Shown: positions 44,696-55,323 of the stretch, piece after piece
Layout of the letters: each line of letters starts with the position of its first letter
Numbering within the stretch: the first letter of the stretch is position 1
NCBI GenBank assembly: GCA_042569595.1
Contig: JBHPHI010000002.1
Location: forward strand, 2,590 to 66,589
Source of the DNA: Patescibacteria group bacterium
Lineage (GTDB): Bacteria > Patescibacteriota > Microgenomatia > UBA1400 > 2-01-FULL-45-11
Length of the DNA: 64,000 bases
Reading direction: 5' to 3'
Position numbers and translations under genes: made by a program
Notes under the pieces: generated by a model
What the model saw: only the letters and a program-made list of their open reading frames with translations
Database searches by the model: none
What the model was told of the DNA's origin: nothing

Positions 44696-46468
44696 TTACC
44701 AACTTCCACCACCTCCACCACCAAATCCTCCTCCGCTAAAACCACCTCCACTGCTAAATCCTGATCCACCACTACTTGCTGAAGGCCTTCCCGCCGAAAC
44801 ACCTGAGGCCACAGAATTATCAAGAGAGTCCATCGCATGAGCAAATCTTGCATGAGTGAGTGGTTGCTTACTTTGATACCAATCCATATTTTTCAACTCA
44901 GAATCTTTGAGGGCATTTATAAACTTTTTTGTCATTCCAAAGGCAATTGTATATGGCAATACTTCTTCAATAAAATTATTCTTCTCATGTATTTGCTCTC
45001 TCCATGCTCCAATCCGAATCCATTCCTTCAAACCCACAACATCCTTTAAAGTCTTTCTTCCTTTGGGTGTCCTGGCAGGCATAAAAAACGAAAAGAAAAC
45101 AATAATTAAACCAGAAACAATGGCAGCAAAAAACCCTCCACCACTAGATATTAATGAACCAAAACCAGTCGAAGCAAGCATACTTCCAATTACCATCACC
45201 ACAATGCCGGCTACCAAGTACAAACCTCGAACAGTTTGTGGATTTCCAGAAAAATATCCCTCTTTTGTTAAGTGAGAATAGAGCTGTTTTTGTGCATCTT
45301 GAAGGCTTGAGTACGCTTTGCTGTGAAGCTTATTTAATTTAGCTTCCTTTTTTCTCGATTTTGTAAACAACATATCAAGAACTGAAACTTCAAAGGGTAG
45401 TAGGTTTGATTCTGATTTTTTATTATTTATCAACTTCACATTTGTCTTTGAGAAAAACCCTTTTGTGGTCTCATCTTTTATGGTGATGAATCCTTTTCTA
45501 GCCAGATCAATAATTACTGCTGTTATATCTCTCATGTGAACTTTTTCATCAACCAACACTCCTACTTCTCCAGCAGACAAGTTTTTAGGAGGACCAAAAC
45601 TCATTAATGCATCGACCTTATCAAACAAAGGAACAGTTTCAGATCCGCTTTCACTGAAAATATTTTTGTATCGCTTGTCTCTCCCTCTATTCCAGTACAT
45701 CCAAAACATCAGTAAAAAAACTAAAACTGGAGAGCCATAGAGCCAGTTGTCCACAACAAACCACCAAAACTCTTGCTGTTTTGTTGGGAGGTTAAAGTAG
45801 TTTTGATTCAGTGACGTTGCAATAGTTAGTCCTTCTCCAGGACTTAGTGATGATGAAGAGAACTGGGCAGTTGAGGAATTGTGAGTATGTTGGCAGTTTG
45901 TTTCACTTGAGCCAAACAATCCAGTAAAACAAATAGTATTCAACACACTTTTTTCAGGTCCATATATAGTTGCACTTGATTGAAATATTGGGACAGGCCA
46001 TCTTGATCCAGTTACATTCCAATAAAATTCTGCCTGTTCATTTGGAGTAGTTACAACCCTGTTTATCACATACGTAACAACATAAATTTGCTTTCCAGAT
46101 ATCAGTATATCCGGGTGTCCAATTTTTAATTTTACAGAGTCACCCTCGAGAGTCTCTGAGTACTTTAAAGATTTTCCTTGCTGGTTAGTTATATTCACCA
46201 AAGAAAATCTAACGTCCAAGTTATTTCCAAACTTTGTTTTATATTTTACGGGAATGATTCTATAGATTCCGTGTTTTTGTAAGTTTCCAAAATTTGCTTC
46301 AATAGTTTCGACAACAGTTACTTGAGCATCTTGAGCAATAGTTATATCACTATGAAATTTTTCTACCACCCAACCGCTATCTTGAGCAAAAACAAAATTT
46401 GGAAAAACAAAAAATAGCAAACCAAAAACAAAAGATGTAATTTTCTTCATACTCATCTCATAGTACAA
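44696..46468 (-). CDS. DUF2207 family membrane protein with C-terminal Gly-rich tail
   Basis: Signal peptide, an extracellular domain, TM helices, and a tail GGSGFSSGGGFSGGGFGGGGGGSW typical of DUF2207. The true start is probably MKKITSF, 6 codons in. Confidence 0.55.
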   Translation of the reverse strand: MYYEMSMKKITSFVFGLLFFVFPNFVFAQDSGWVVEKFHSDITIAQDAQVTVVETIEANFGNLQKHGIYRIIPVKYKTKFGNNLDVRFSLVNITNQQGKSLKYSETLEGDSVKLKIGHPDILISGKQIYVVTYVINRVVTTPNEQAEFYWNVTGSRWPVPIFQSSATIYGPEKSVLNTICFTGLFGSSETNCQHTHNSSTAQFSSSSLSPGEGLTIATSLNQNYFNLPTKQQEFWWFVVDNWLYGSPVLVFLLMFWMYWNRGRDKRYKNIFSESGSETVPLFDKVDALMSFGPPKNLSAGEVGVLVDEKVHMRDITAVIIDLARKGFITIKDETTKGFFSKTNVKLINNKKSESNLLPFEVSVLDMLFTKSRKKEAKLNKLHSKAYSSLQDAQKQLYSHLTKEGYFSGNPQTVRGLYLVAGIVVMVIGSMLASTGFGSLISSGGGFFAAIVSGLIIVFFSFFMPARTPKGRKTLKDVVGLKEWIRIGAWREQIHEKNNFIEEVLPYTIAFGMTKKFINALKDSELKNMDWYQSKQPLTHARFAHAMDSLDNSVASGVSAGRPSASSGGSGFSSGGGFSGGGFGGGGGGSW

Positions 46469-46483
46469 AAATATATAAAATTT

Positions 46484-46927
46484 TTACAGAGAAAGACTTT
46501 TAAGATATTCAAGCAATTCTTGGGAGTGGGTGTCTGGAGAAACTTTTTCATATATCTTTGCAATTTTTCCCTCAGGGTTTATTACAAAAGTAGTTCTTTT
46601 TGCAAAAATCAAACCATCCGCACCATAGTCACCCAACATCTCTCTTTTAGGGTCTGATAAAAGCACAAAAGGGAGAGAATATTTTTCTGCAAATTTTTTG
46701 TGGCTATTTACACTATCAGAACTGACTCCCACAACAGAAGCATGCTGAATAAGTTTTTCGTAATCATCTCTAAAGCCACAAGCTTCTTTTATACATCCTG
46801 GGGTATTGTCTCTAGGATAAAAATACAAAATCAACCAACTCTCAGCATAATCTCCCAATCTGTGTTCTTTTCCATGCTGATCCAAAGCAACAAAATCTGG
46901 AGCCAAATCTCCCATTGATAGTTTCAT
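46484..46927 (-). CDS. bcp: thiol peroxidase Bcp (peroxiredoxin Q)
   Basis: FYPRDNTPGCIKEACGFRD contains the PxDxTxxC...C motif. Confidence 0.85.
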   Translation of the reverse strand: MKLSMGDLAPDFVALDQHGKEHRLGDYAESWLILYFYPRDNTPGCIKEACGFRDDYEKLIQHASVVGVSSDSVNSHKKFAEKYSLPFVLLSDPKREMLGDYGADGLIFAKRTTFVINPEGKIAKIYEKVSPDTHSQELLEYLKSLSL

Positions 46928-46990
46928 TTTTTCCTTTCAACTAAAAACCGCGTCCCATTAATATGAAGCGCGGTAAAATTATTCATACTA

Positions 46991-47803
46991 TTATTTATAC
47001 AAAGACCAAACACCATCTACATCTCCAGGGCCCAAATCTCTTTTATTTATCTCGCCTTCACTGGCGTATCCATACATGGTTTCTTCAATACATTCATTTA
47101 TATAAAGATCTACTAGGCCAACTGTATGACCAAGCTCATGAGTTGCAATGCTATCAAAATCCATATCGTTAGGATCTCCATCTACACCCCAATCAAAATC
47201 TACATCATCGTATATCTGATCCCATTCAACTAACTTTCTGCCAGAGGGTCTCCCGCCAAATATTCCCCATACAACTGTTACTCCAATCACGCCGGGGTCA
47301 TCTATGCTTGCAAAATACACCTCGTTTTCATCGTCTGGTGAAACCAAATCAGCTTCTAAAGGGAGATTTGTTAAAGATCCTGCCCCTAATATTTCTTTTT
47401 CAGCAGCATCTTCCCATTTGTTCACTCCTTCATCCATAACATCAAACACCTTCGAATCAACCAATCCATCTATATTTGAAGGATTTACAACCCAAGGCTC
47501 AAGGGTTTTCCACTTTGCTCCTTTAGCCATATATTCATAGCAGGCACTTGCCTTTGGTTTGTTTTTTCCACCACCCACCCCGTCGGGTTTCCCGTGACCA
47601 TCCACTCTCTTGATAATCGCATAACCCTCCACAACCTCCATCGTCCCCGGATCTGTAGCTTCACCCAAATACACAATAGATTTACCCTCAGCATGTTCTG
47701 GGAGGCCAAATCTTGGGCCACTCCAGTCTTTTTTTGCTTGACTCGGAGACCAAGACAGGGAGGCAATTATCAATAAAAGAAGTAATATTTTAAATATTTT
47801 CAT
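46991..47803 (-). CDS. secreted zinc metalloprotease (metzincin/matrixin-like)
   Basis: Signal peptide. HELGHTVGLVD (HExxHxxGxxD/H) and a C-terminal DVDGVWSLY. GC is above the neighbours. Confidence 0.6.
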   Translation of the reverse strand: MKIFKILLLLLIIASLSWSPSQAKKDWSGPRFGLPEHAEGKSIVYLGEATDPGTMEVVEGYAIIKRVDGHGKPDGVGGGKNKPKASACYEYMAKGAKWKTLEPWVVNPSNIDGLVDSKVFDVMDEGVNKWEDAAEKEILGAGSLTNLPLEADLVSPDDENEVYFASIDDPGVIGVTVVWGIFGGRPSGRKLVEWDQIYDDVDFDWGVDGDPNDMDFDSIATHELGHTVGLVDLYINECIEETMYGYASEGEINKRDLGPGDVDGVWSLYK

Positions 47804-47853
47804 ACACTTCCTAAATAACTATCACTACCACGATAACAAATCATCAAACTATG

Positions 47854-48486
47854 TCAAACCCTAGAGTGATATAGCTTTTCATCTGCTAAATAAAACTCTC
47901 TACCGTGTCCGTTGTAAGTAATTGTTTGATCTGGAAGCTGGAACAATTTATTAATAGACTTTCTAAGTTCCGAAGAAGAACAATAAGAAAAATCTGTTCT
48001 TCCCACACCACCTCCAGCAAATAAAACATCTCCCACAAAAAGCACAGAATCTTCTTCTGAATGCAAAGCAACACTCCCCGGGGTGTGTCCGGGAGTAGGA
48101 ATAATTTCAAGCCTCACATTTCCAAAACCAAATTTTTTTACATCATCAAAATATTCATCCACCTTAGGAGCAGGGCCTGGATCAAAGCCAGCAAAATGTT
48201 GTGTGGTTTCACGCATTCTATTCAAAAGAAACTCATCTTTACTATGCATCACAAAAGGAGCGTCAAAAGACATCTTAAGCTCATTTACCGCCAATACATG
48301 GTCAAAATGCCCATGAGTTGCAATAATTGCTTCGATGCTTACTCTTTCATCCAAAATTGCCTGAATAATAAAATCAGCGTCATCTCCAGGATCTATTACA
48401 ACACCCTTGCTAGTTTCCTCATCCCACGCCAAAAAGCAATTTGTTTCCAATTGACCAACAGGCAATCTTTTTACTAAAAGGCTCAT
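47854..48486 (-). CDS. MBL-fold metallo-hydrolase (glyoxalase II-like)
   Basis: HGHFDH motif, with Asp/His downstream. Length is 210 aa. Confidence 0.75.
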   Translation of the reverse strand: MSLLVKRLPVGQLETNCFLAWDEETSKGVVIDPGDDADFIIQAILDERVSIEAIIATHGHFDHVLAVNELKMSFDAPFVMHSKDEFLLNRMRETTQHFAGFDPGPAPKVDEYFDDVKKFGFGNVRLEIIPTPGHTPGSVALHSEEDSVLFVGDVLFAGGGVGRTDFSYCSSSELRKSINKLFQLPDQTITYNGHGREFYLADEKLYHSRV

Positions 48487-49772
48487 TATCTTTTAAAAAT
48501 TCTTTTTACTAAAATTGTTGCCAACTCTCTCTGAGGTAAGCGAATTTTTCTAGGAGAAAAGACGAGAGTGATAATAGAGAAAAACACCAATATTCCACCC
48601 ATTACAGAAAATGTCTCCTGGTATCCAACAGTTTCAGCCAAATATCCTGCCAAAACAGGACCAAGAACATAGGCAATACTCACGGCAGATCTTTCTAGTC
48701 CCACCATATCGTTTCCAAAGAATTTCAGTCTTCCCACGAAATCTTCAGAAGTAGCCATAATTTCTGGAATTGCAATAGAAGTAAAAACTGAAGACATAAA
48801 TACGACTATCAACAAAGCAGAAACATTTGACACCAATCCAGCAGCTATTAAAAGCAAACCACTAAACAATCCAGAAAAAAATGCCACACGCTTTTTTCCA
48901 AAGGAATCACCAAGCCTTTTTGTTACAAGTCCTCCGAACAAAAATGGCACAACGTACAAAGAAAGAAGCCATGATCCGTAGGGGTGAACTTCTTTTAATT
49001 TCTCAGACAAAACTGCTCCAGTCGTCCAAAAAGTTGCATCCACCAAATATATAACTATAGTAAACAGCCAAACTGGCCACACTTTTTTAAGCAATACTCC
49101 CCAGATTGTAAACTCTTCCCAAATGGTTCGCTTTATCTCTTTTTCGTGAGGGGAGTGTTTCTTTTTTGGCAAAGTCGAATCAAATATCAAAAAAGCAAAC
49201 ATAGCAAAAACAAAAAGACCAACTGCTGTAGAAAAAGCTAAATTTACATGCTGACTCAGGAGGGAGCTACTTACAATGGGCGCCAACATCCAAGCAATGG
49301 AACGGAAAGCTTGCAACACTCCCCAGGCTCGAACGTGAGAGGATCTGTCTTGGTACTCGTGGATAAAGTGAAAATTAGAAAATTCCAGTAGTTCGTAATA
49401 AATTCCCCACACCCCCATACCCATCAACAAAACCAGAATAGTAGGAGAGAAAAACCAATATACCAAAGGAAACAATAGTCCAATTAAGATAGTCCACAAA
49501 ACATAAAAGTTGTATCTTTTGTTCGCAAACATTTTCCCGATAAATAAATCAGCAAAAAATCCCAAAAAAGATGAGCTTCCTATAAGGATTCCCATCATCG
49601 TTCCATTATTGACTCTTGATTCGATATAAACAGGAGATACATAACTCATTACAGAATCTGCCATTGTGATAAAAAACATCACCAAGGAAAACCCAATCAA
49701 GCGAGGGATGGTCGGGAAGTTAAAGTGAAAAGATTTATCACTTCTCAAAAATCTAGATGCAGTTGTCGCCAT
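48486..49772 (-). CDS. MFS transporter
   Basis: 12-TM hydrophobic pattern with a central loop. Length is 428 aa. Confidence 0.65.
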   Translation of the reverse strand: MATTASRFLRSDKSFHFNFPTIPRLIGFSLVMFFITMADSVMSYVSPVYIESRVNNGTMMGILIGSSSFLGFFADLFIGKMFANKRYNFYVLWTILIGLLFPLVYWFFSPTILVLLMGMGVWGIYYELLEFSNFHFIHEYQDRSSHVRAWGVLQAFRSIAWMLAPIVSSSLLSQHVNLAFSTAVGLFVFAMFAFLIFDSTLPKKKHSPHEKEIKRTIWEEFTIWGVLLKKVWPVWLFTIVIYLVDATFWTTGAVLSEKLKEVHPYGSWLLSLYVVPFLFGGLVTKRLGDSFGKKRVAFFSGLFSGLLLIAAGLVSNVSALLIVVFMSSVFTSIAIPEIMATSEDFVGRLKFFGNDMVGLERSAVSIAYVLGPVLAGYLAETVGYQETFSVMGGILVFFSIITLVFSPRKIRLPQRELATILVKRIFKR

Positions 49773-49812
49773 ACACTAATTAAATGTTACTTTAGATAAA
49801 TATTCAATAAAA

Positions 49813-50676
49813 CTAAGATATATCAGCAAACAGATCTTTGAGAGTGTTTCCGAAATAATGTTCAACTAATTCTCTAGAAACCCAAACCCTTGGTGCGTGA
49901 AAGGAGTGTTTCAAAACACTTAATTTCATGTTAGGAAACAATCTTTTAAATCCCTCATATGTAACATTAAAATCAAGTTGAGTATCATTTTTAGACATTA
50001 TAAAAATTGCTTCATGGTTGACTGATTCCGATTCATTATCTAAGTTCTCTCTCATTAAACTTTTCATAGTGGCGCAAGAAATTCTAAAATTAAAATTTTC
50101 AAAATTTTTTGCGTATCTTCTTAGCTCTTCATTCCATGGTATTTCTTTATTAAAATGCCTAACAAATTTCATCATAAACCCTTCATTATTAAATGCATTT
50201 TGACCAAGACTTCTTAATCCTGGTAAATGACCAAAATTTGCCAACACTTTTCCAAACAACATCTCTTTATTTTCGATATTGATACACTCTTTCTTGTACC
50301 AGGGAGCGAATAAAATCACCTTTTCAATTTTGCTATTTTGTGTAGGAAGCTTTGAAATATAGTAGGCAAGGGGACCGCTCATGGACATTCCCATCAATAT
50401 ATATTTATCTAAATTTAAACTCGTGATCCATTCATTCACGAAAGCAACAATATCCTTATAGGAATATGGCTTATTATATTTAGGGTCTCCATACCCTGGT
50501 AAGTTTAGATAATACGTTTCAAAATTTTCAGCAAAATACGACAACACATCTTGAATTCTATCAATATCTGTTCTCCAGCCAGGCAATATTATTAACTTCT
50601 TACCCTTGCCTTTTTTGTAATATGTTGTTTCCACACCACCAACGGTAGTTTTATAGGTGTTTTTAATTTTTTTCAT
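49813..50676 (-). CDS. alpha/beta hydrolase
   Basis: GMSMSG nucleophile elbow, with His near the C-terminus. Confidence 0.6.
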   Translation of the reverse strand: MKKIKNTYKTTVGGVETTYYKKGKGKKLIILPGWRTDIDRIQDVLSYFAENFETYYLNLPGYGDPKYNKPYSYKDIVAFVNEWITSLNLDKYILMGMSMSGPLAYYISKLPTQNSKIEKVILFAPWYKKECINIENKEMLFGKVLANFGHLPGLRSLGQNAFNNEGFMMKFVRHFNKEIPWNEELRRYAKNFENFNFRISCATMKSLMRENLDNESESVNHEAIFIMSKNDTQLDFNVTYEGFKRLFPNMKLSVLKHSFHAPRVWVSRELVEHYFGNTLKDLFADIS

Positions 50677-50741
50677 AAAAAAATTTTACCAAAAATATCT
50701 ATATAAATAGAACACTCTCTGTTAAAATGATCGGCATATAT

Positions 50742-50815
50742 TGCCGGGTGATGAAATGGTATCATGCAGCACTCTGAATGCTGTCTTCGGGGTTCGAGTC
50801 CCTGCCCGGCAGCCA
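50742..50815 (+). tRNA. tRNA-Gln (anticodon CUG)
   Basis: TGCCGGG acceptor (U1-A72), D-arm ATGA-AATGGTA-TCAT, anticodon arm CAGCA-CTCTGAA-TGCTG, T-arm CGGGG-TTCGAGT-CCCTG, CCCGGCA, discriminator G, and an encoded CCA. Confidence 0.8.
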
Positions 50816-50841
50816 ATTCATATCGATATAAATCATGAAAA

Positions 50842-51573
50842 TTATTTAATATTTTCAATAATCTGACTTACTTCAGATAAAGGAGCTTTTGTTGTAAGGA
50901 TCGAGACCAAAGTGTCATCTGTTGTAATTGCAGCTAAAACAATTAATTCGGAGTCTTCTAGTGGCTTTTGAAGAAAGTATGCCTTAAATATTTCAGAATT
51001 TCCCACCCGAAAAGGTTTCAGAGAGTCCTTCTGTCCAAGTATTGACTGCAAGTTTTGCACACTAGTATTTTCTGGAGCTTTCATTTGCTCCAAAACAATA
51101 GGTATGCCACTTCCCATTTCTGTTCTTGTTTTAGCGTCATAGTCGATCAACACTTTCACAGAATTATTATCTCCAACAGGTTTTCCGTTAAAGGTATTTG
51201 TTAAAACATACTCCTGTATAAGCACAGTGTTTTCAGGTAAATATTCTGGTTTATATATTCTGAATGAAACCTGAGAAGAGGCTTGAGAATATTCGTCTTC
51301 TTCTGCATTATTAACTCCAAAGTTTAAATACAAGGAATATGTAGAAACCAATACCGCAAGAAGAATAGCAATGATAAATAATTTTTTTTTACCACCCTTT
51401 TTTGGAGATTTTATTTTCGGTTGCTCTATCACTTTTTCAGTTATAACCACTTCAGGCTCTTTGTTTAATGACGTGTTTCTGGGAGCTATGGTATCAATGG
51501 GTTTTTGTTGTTTCACATGAAACAGTTTAGCAAAATATCTGATACAAAAATATAATCTTATAAATACAAGCAT
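50842..51573 (-). CDS. hypothetical membrane-anchored protein
   Basis: Basic stretch, then a TM helix (LFIIAILLAVLVSTYSLY), then an extracytoplasmic domain. Confidence 0.4.
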   Translation of the reverse strand: MLVFIRLYFCIRYFAKLFHVKQQKPIDTIAPRNTSLNKEPEVVITEKVIEQPKIKSPKKGGKKKLFIIAILLAVLVSTYSLYLNFGVNNAEEDEYSQASSQVSFRIYKPEYLPENTVLIQEYVLTNTFNGKPVGDNNSVKVLIDYDAKTRTEMGSGIPIVLEQMKAPENTSVQNLQSILGQKDSLKPFRVGNSEIFKAYFLQKPLEDSELIVLAAITTDDTLVSILTTKAPLSEVSQIIENIK

Positions 51574-51783
51574 TTATCTCATCAATCAAGCAAAATATCC
51601 TATAACTTGTATTTACTGTCATGTAGAGGTACAATACCAAACAATAGATAAATACACAGACGTTGGTTTAAGTACGTAAAACTTTTGGATAGTCTTCTTA
51701 GGATTCTTCAATTTTTGCTAAATTCTTTCTCCAATATCTGGAGAGCACAAAATTATTTGTGCCAAAACAAAGAAAGAGAAAAC

Positions 51784-52962
51784 ATGAGAAAAAGTAACTC
51801 ACGAAATTTTCGTCGTGGCAGATTAGCGCCCAGACGACGCACTCAAAGAAGAGTGGTTAGTAAGTCTTTTGACCCATCACATTTGGTCAAAAAAGCTACC
51901 GCTCCAGCACCTATTGAGGTAATAAAAATAGATCATGAATTTAATGATTTCTCCATAAGCGATCAGTTAAAAGCAAGCATTGCTCATAAGGGATATGAAA
52001 CTCCCACTCCAATTCAGGATCAAGCTATTCCACACATATTGAAAGGAAAAGATGTAGTGGGGCTGGCAAACACAGGCACCGGAAAAACCGCAGCTTTTTT
52101 AATTCCTCTCATAGAAAACATTATTAAAGATGACTCATATAGAATATTAATAATTACTCCCACAAGAGAATTAGCCTCTCAAATACAAATGGAGATGCAA
52201 GGTTTTGCTCATGGAATGGGGATATATTCCACCCTTTGTATTGGAGGGGTGTCTATAGTCAGACAAATAGAAAGACTTAAGAGAAATCCACATTTTATTA
52301 TTGGTACCCCAGGCAGGATAAAAGACCTAACAGAAAGGGGAAAAATAAAACTAGAAACAATGAAAGCAATTGTATTAGACGAAGTAGATCAAATGTTAGA
52401 CATGGGGTTTATTCGTGACATAAAACATCTTATTGGTTTACTTCCAAAAGTAAGGCATTCCCTTTTCTTCTCAGCCACAATGCCAGACAATGTAAAAGAA
52501 ATAATGCACAGCTTTTTAACAGACCCGATCACTATAAGTGTTCGCACAGGTCACACTGTAGACAATATTGATCAAGACGTTGTTAAGGTAGCTGGAAGAC
52601 AGAAGATAGAAATACTCAAAGAAATGTTAAATGATCCCGACTTTAGCAAGGTTTTAGTATTTGGCAGAACCAAATGGAAGCTAAACAAGCTAGAGAAAAA
52701 ACTAAGGGATGATGGATATAGAGTATCTGCAATTCATGGCAACAAGACTCAACAGCAAAGACAAAGAGTGTTAAATCAATTCAAGAAAAACAGACTCCAA
52801 GCCTTACTTGCAACAGACGTTGTGTCTAGGGGCATAGATATTGATGATGTTACTCACGTAATCAACTACGACATGCCTCAATCATACGAAGAGTATATTC
52901 ATAGAATTGGAAGAACCGGGAGAGCTGATAAAAAAGGAAAAGCAATCACCTTCATAAACTAA
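51784..52962 (+). CDS. DEAD-box ATP-dependent RNA helicase
   Basis: The start is taken at MRKSNSRNF; the track start at 51685 is a TTG. Q-motif, GTGKT, DEVD (DEAD variant), SAT and HRIGRTGRA are present. A long 5' UTR has a TTGTAT/TACAAT promoter near 51610. Confidence 0.8.
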   Translation: MRKSNSRNFRRGRLAPRRRTQRRVVSKSFDPSHLVKKATAPAPIEVIKIDHEFNDFSISDQLKASIAHKGYETPTPIQDQAIPHILKGKDVVGLANTGTGKTAAFLIPLIENIIKDDSYRILIITPTRELASQIQMEMQGFAHGMGIYSTLCIGGVSIVRQIERLKRNPHFIIGTPGRIKDLTERGKIKLETMKAIVLDEVDQMLDMGFIRDIKHLIGLLPKVRHSLFFSATMPDNVKEIMHSFLTDPITISVRTGHTVDNIDQDVVKVAGRQKIEILKEMLNDPDFSKVLVFGRTKWKLNKLEKKLRDDGYRVSAIHGNKTQQQRQRVLNQFKKNRLQALLATDVVSRGIDIDDVTHVINYDMPQSYEEYIHRIGRTGRADKKGKAITFIN

Positions 52963-53005
52963 ACTATATACACTCTTCTCAAATGGTATTATTCAATTGA
53001 TGTAA

Positions 53006-54175
53006 ATGGATATCAAAATGAATCAAACCCCAAAAGTTCTCATAATAGGCCTTGTAGACAGAAAAGAAGATTTACAAAAACAACAGGCAAGCCTAATAGA
53101 AGCAGAGTTGCTCGTAGATACTTATGGTGGTGAAGTTTATAAAACCCTTAATCAAAACTCTAGCCATCAAAGTGGCAGCACTTACGTGGGCTCTGGAAAG
53201 GTTCAAGAGCTAAAGGAGTTAGTAGAGTTAGATGATATAGACATCATTATTGTAAATGCCCATCTTAGGGCCAGCCAAACATTCGCCCTAAAAGAAATTA
53301 TTAGCCCCCAGGAAACCTGCAAAATTTGGGATAGAACTCAACTTATTCTTCAAATATTTAAAAAGCATGCAAACACTGCAGAAGCTAAATTACAAATTAA
53401 GCTCGCAGAGTTAAATCACCATGGGCCAGAGCTAAGCGGCATTGGCTCCACCCTATCTCAACAAGCTGGAGGAATTGGAACAAGAGGAATAGGAGAAACC
53501 AGCACAGAAATAATGAACCGCCATTGGAGAAAAGAAATAAGATCTATTGAGGAAAAATTAAAGAAAGTTACCCAAAACAGACATCAGCAAATGAAACACA
53601 GAAAACAATCTGGAATACCCACAGTTTCTATAGTTGGTTATACCAATGCCGGAAAAACTACATTATTCAACGCCATCAGTAGTAAAAAAGACAAAGTTAA
53701 AAACGCTCTTTTTGCAACCCTAGACAGTAGTGTAAGCACTCTTTATCTGCAAAACGTTGGAAAAGAAATATATATTTCTGACACTATTGGGTTTATCCAG
53801 GATTTGCCAACGGACCTAATAGATGCCTTCAAATCTACTCTTATGGAAACCATTAATGCAGACATATTGCTTCATGTTATAGATGCCGCAGACAAAGACA
53901 TACGAATAAAAATATCTACAGTGAATCGAATTATTGAAAGCTTGGATTTAAAACAAAAAAAACAAATTTATGTTTTTAACAAAAGTGACAAACTTGCAGA
54001 AGATCTAAAAAACAATCTTTCTAAAAAATACCAAGGTACCCAACATATTTTCATTAGCGCAAAAAATGACAAGAACGTAGACACATTGATTAGTATTGTA
54101 GAAAAAGAACTACTTAAAAAAGGATTAAAGCGCGCCAAGCACCTTTCCTATCTAGACGACTTACCCCAGGATTAA
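53006..54175 (+). CDS. hflX: GTPase HflX
   Basis: HflX N-terminal domain plus a G-domain (GYTNAGKTTLFNAI, DTIGF, NKSD). Confidence 0.8.
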   Translation: MDIKMNQTPKVLIIGLVDRKEDLQKQQASLIEAELLVDTYGGEVYKTLNQNSSHQSGSTYVGSGKVQELKELVELDDIDIIIVNAHLRASQTFALKEIISPQETCKIWDRTQLILQIFKKHANTAEAKLQIKLAELNHHGPELSGIGSTLSQQAGGIGTRGIGETSTEIMNRHWRKEIRSIEEKLKKVTQNRHQQMKHRKQSGIPTVSIVGYTNAGKTTLFNAISSKKDKVKNALFATLDSSVSTLYLQNVGKEIYISDTIGFIQDLPTDLIDAFKSTLMETINADILLHVIDAADKDIRIKISTVNRIIESLDLKQKKQIYVFNKSDKLAEDLKNNLSKKYQGTQHIFISAKNDKNVDTLISIVEKELLKKGLKRAKHLSYLDDLPQD

Positions 54176-54334
54176 TATCCTATAACATTGACTTCTCGAG
54201 TAATAATTGAGATAATATAACTGTACTTTAATAAAACAAAGTGGGTAGCGCTCTGCATGCATGGATTGTTTGCAATGCGCTACCCATTGTGGGTTGCTGA
54301 AAAAATTCTTAAGACTCAGTGAGTCAAAGGAAAA

Positions 54335-54577
54335 ATGATGAATAACATCATTAGCACCAAACGTTATGACCAAGCCACCTTAATAAAAGGAATAGCAATT
54401 GGATTTTTTATAATTGGCTTCATGTTTCCTATGGGAGCATATCTAGTTGCAGCAAATTATCAGCTTGAGATGAGTCATATGTTTGTGTTGGGAGTCTTGT
54501 CTGTAGTGGTTTGGCTACTGATACCAGTAATATTGTGGTTGGTAGGAAAACAACTAGAAAAACAGGCAAAAGAATAA
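54335..54577 (+). CDS. small 2-TM membrane protein
   Basis: 80 aa with two hydrophobic helices. Confidence 0.4.
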   Translation: MMNNIISTKRYDQATLIKGIAIGFFIIGFMFPMGAYLVAANYQLEMSHMFVLGVLSVVVWLLIPVILWLVGKQLEKQAKE

Positions 54578-54713
54578 CTTAAAACCCGCAAACACCCCTT
54601 ATCGCAGTGTTTAAAAACACACATGACTTCACACATTGCTGTGTGGTTATAGTTTTTGTGTTTTTTGCGAGTGAGGGGTTTTTGTTGTTTAGAAACACAT
54701 CTATAATGAATAA

Positions 54714-55289
54714 ATGACCTTATTGATACTTAGAATAATAATTGCTTTTGCGTTATTATTTTCCCTTCTTCAGTTGAACGGATTAATAAAAATCAAAAAT
54801 AGCCAAGTAAAAAAAGAATGGCTTATTAATGTCTTAGCCTATTATTTATTTCTTGAATCATTAGGTATATTAGTTGGAATCAAGGGGGTTAGGCAAAACA
54901 TTTATCTATCTCTATTTGCAGTTCCTGTTTGGATAAACTTAATAAAATTTTCAATTGGCTTAATTCAAAAAAAAGAAATAACCATTTTAAATAGACTTGA
55001 GCATACAATGGGCGGTCTTATTGTTTTTACGGCAATTACTTTATTAAAGCCAATAAACATTCTTCCTGTAATGATAAGTGCAAAATGGTTTGAAGCATTT
55101 CTGTACGTCCTTATTACAAATTTTCTTTCAGTATTACATGAGGTAGTAGAATTATTTTTCGACAGAGTTATGGGAAAGAAATACTTAATAGGCCCTGAAG
55201 TTGATGACACAAATTTTGATTTGTTAATGACCTTAGCAGGATCAATAATCGGATTCTTACTTGTCGTCGTTTTCAAAATATCAATATAA
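54714..55289 (+). CDS. hypothetical polytopic membrane protein
   Basis: 191 aa with about 6 TM helices. Confidence 0.4.
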   Translation: MTLLILRIIIAFALLFSLLQLNGLIKIKNSQVKKEWLINVLAYYLFLESLGILVGIKGVRQNIYLSLFAVPVWINLIKFSIGLIQKKEITILNRLEHTMGGLIVFTAITLLKPINILPVMISAKWFEAFLYVLITNFLSVLHEVVELFFDRVMGKKYLIGPEVDDTNFDLLMTLAGSIIGFLLVVVFKISI

Positions 55290-55323
55290 GCTCCACAACC
55301 CTTTTGTTAAAATAGCCAGTATG

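Noticed and set aside
51685-51783. N-terminal 33 codons of the DEAD-box helicase ORF
   Set aside because: The track start is TTG. The first ATG (MRKSNSRNF, 51784) begins the conserved basic N-terminus, and the upstream stretch looks like a 5' UTR.
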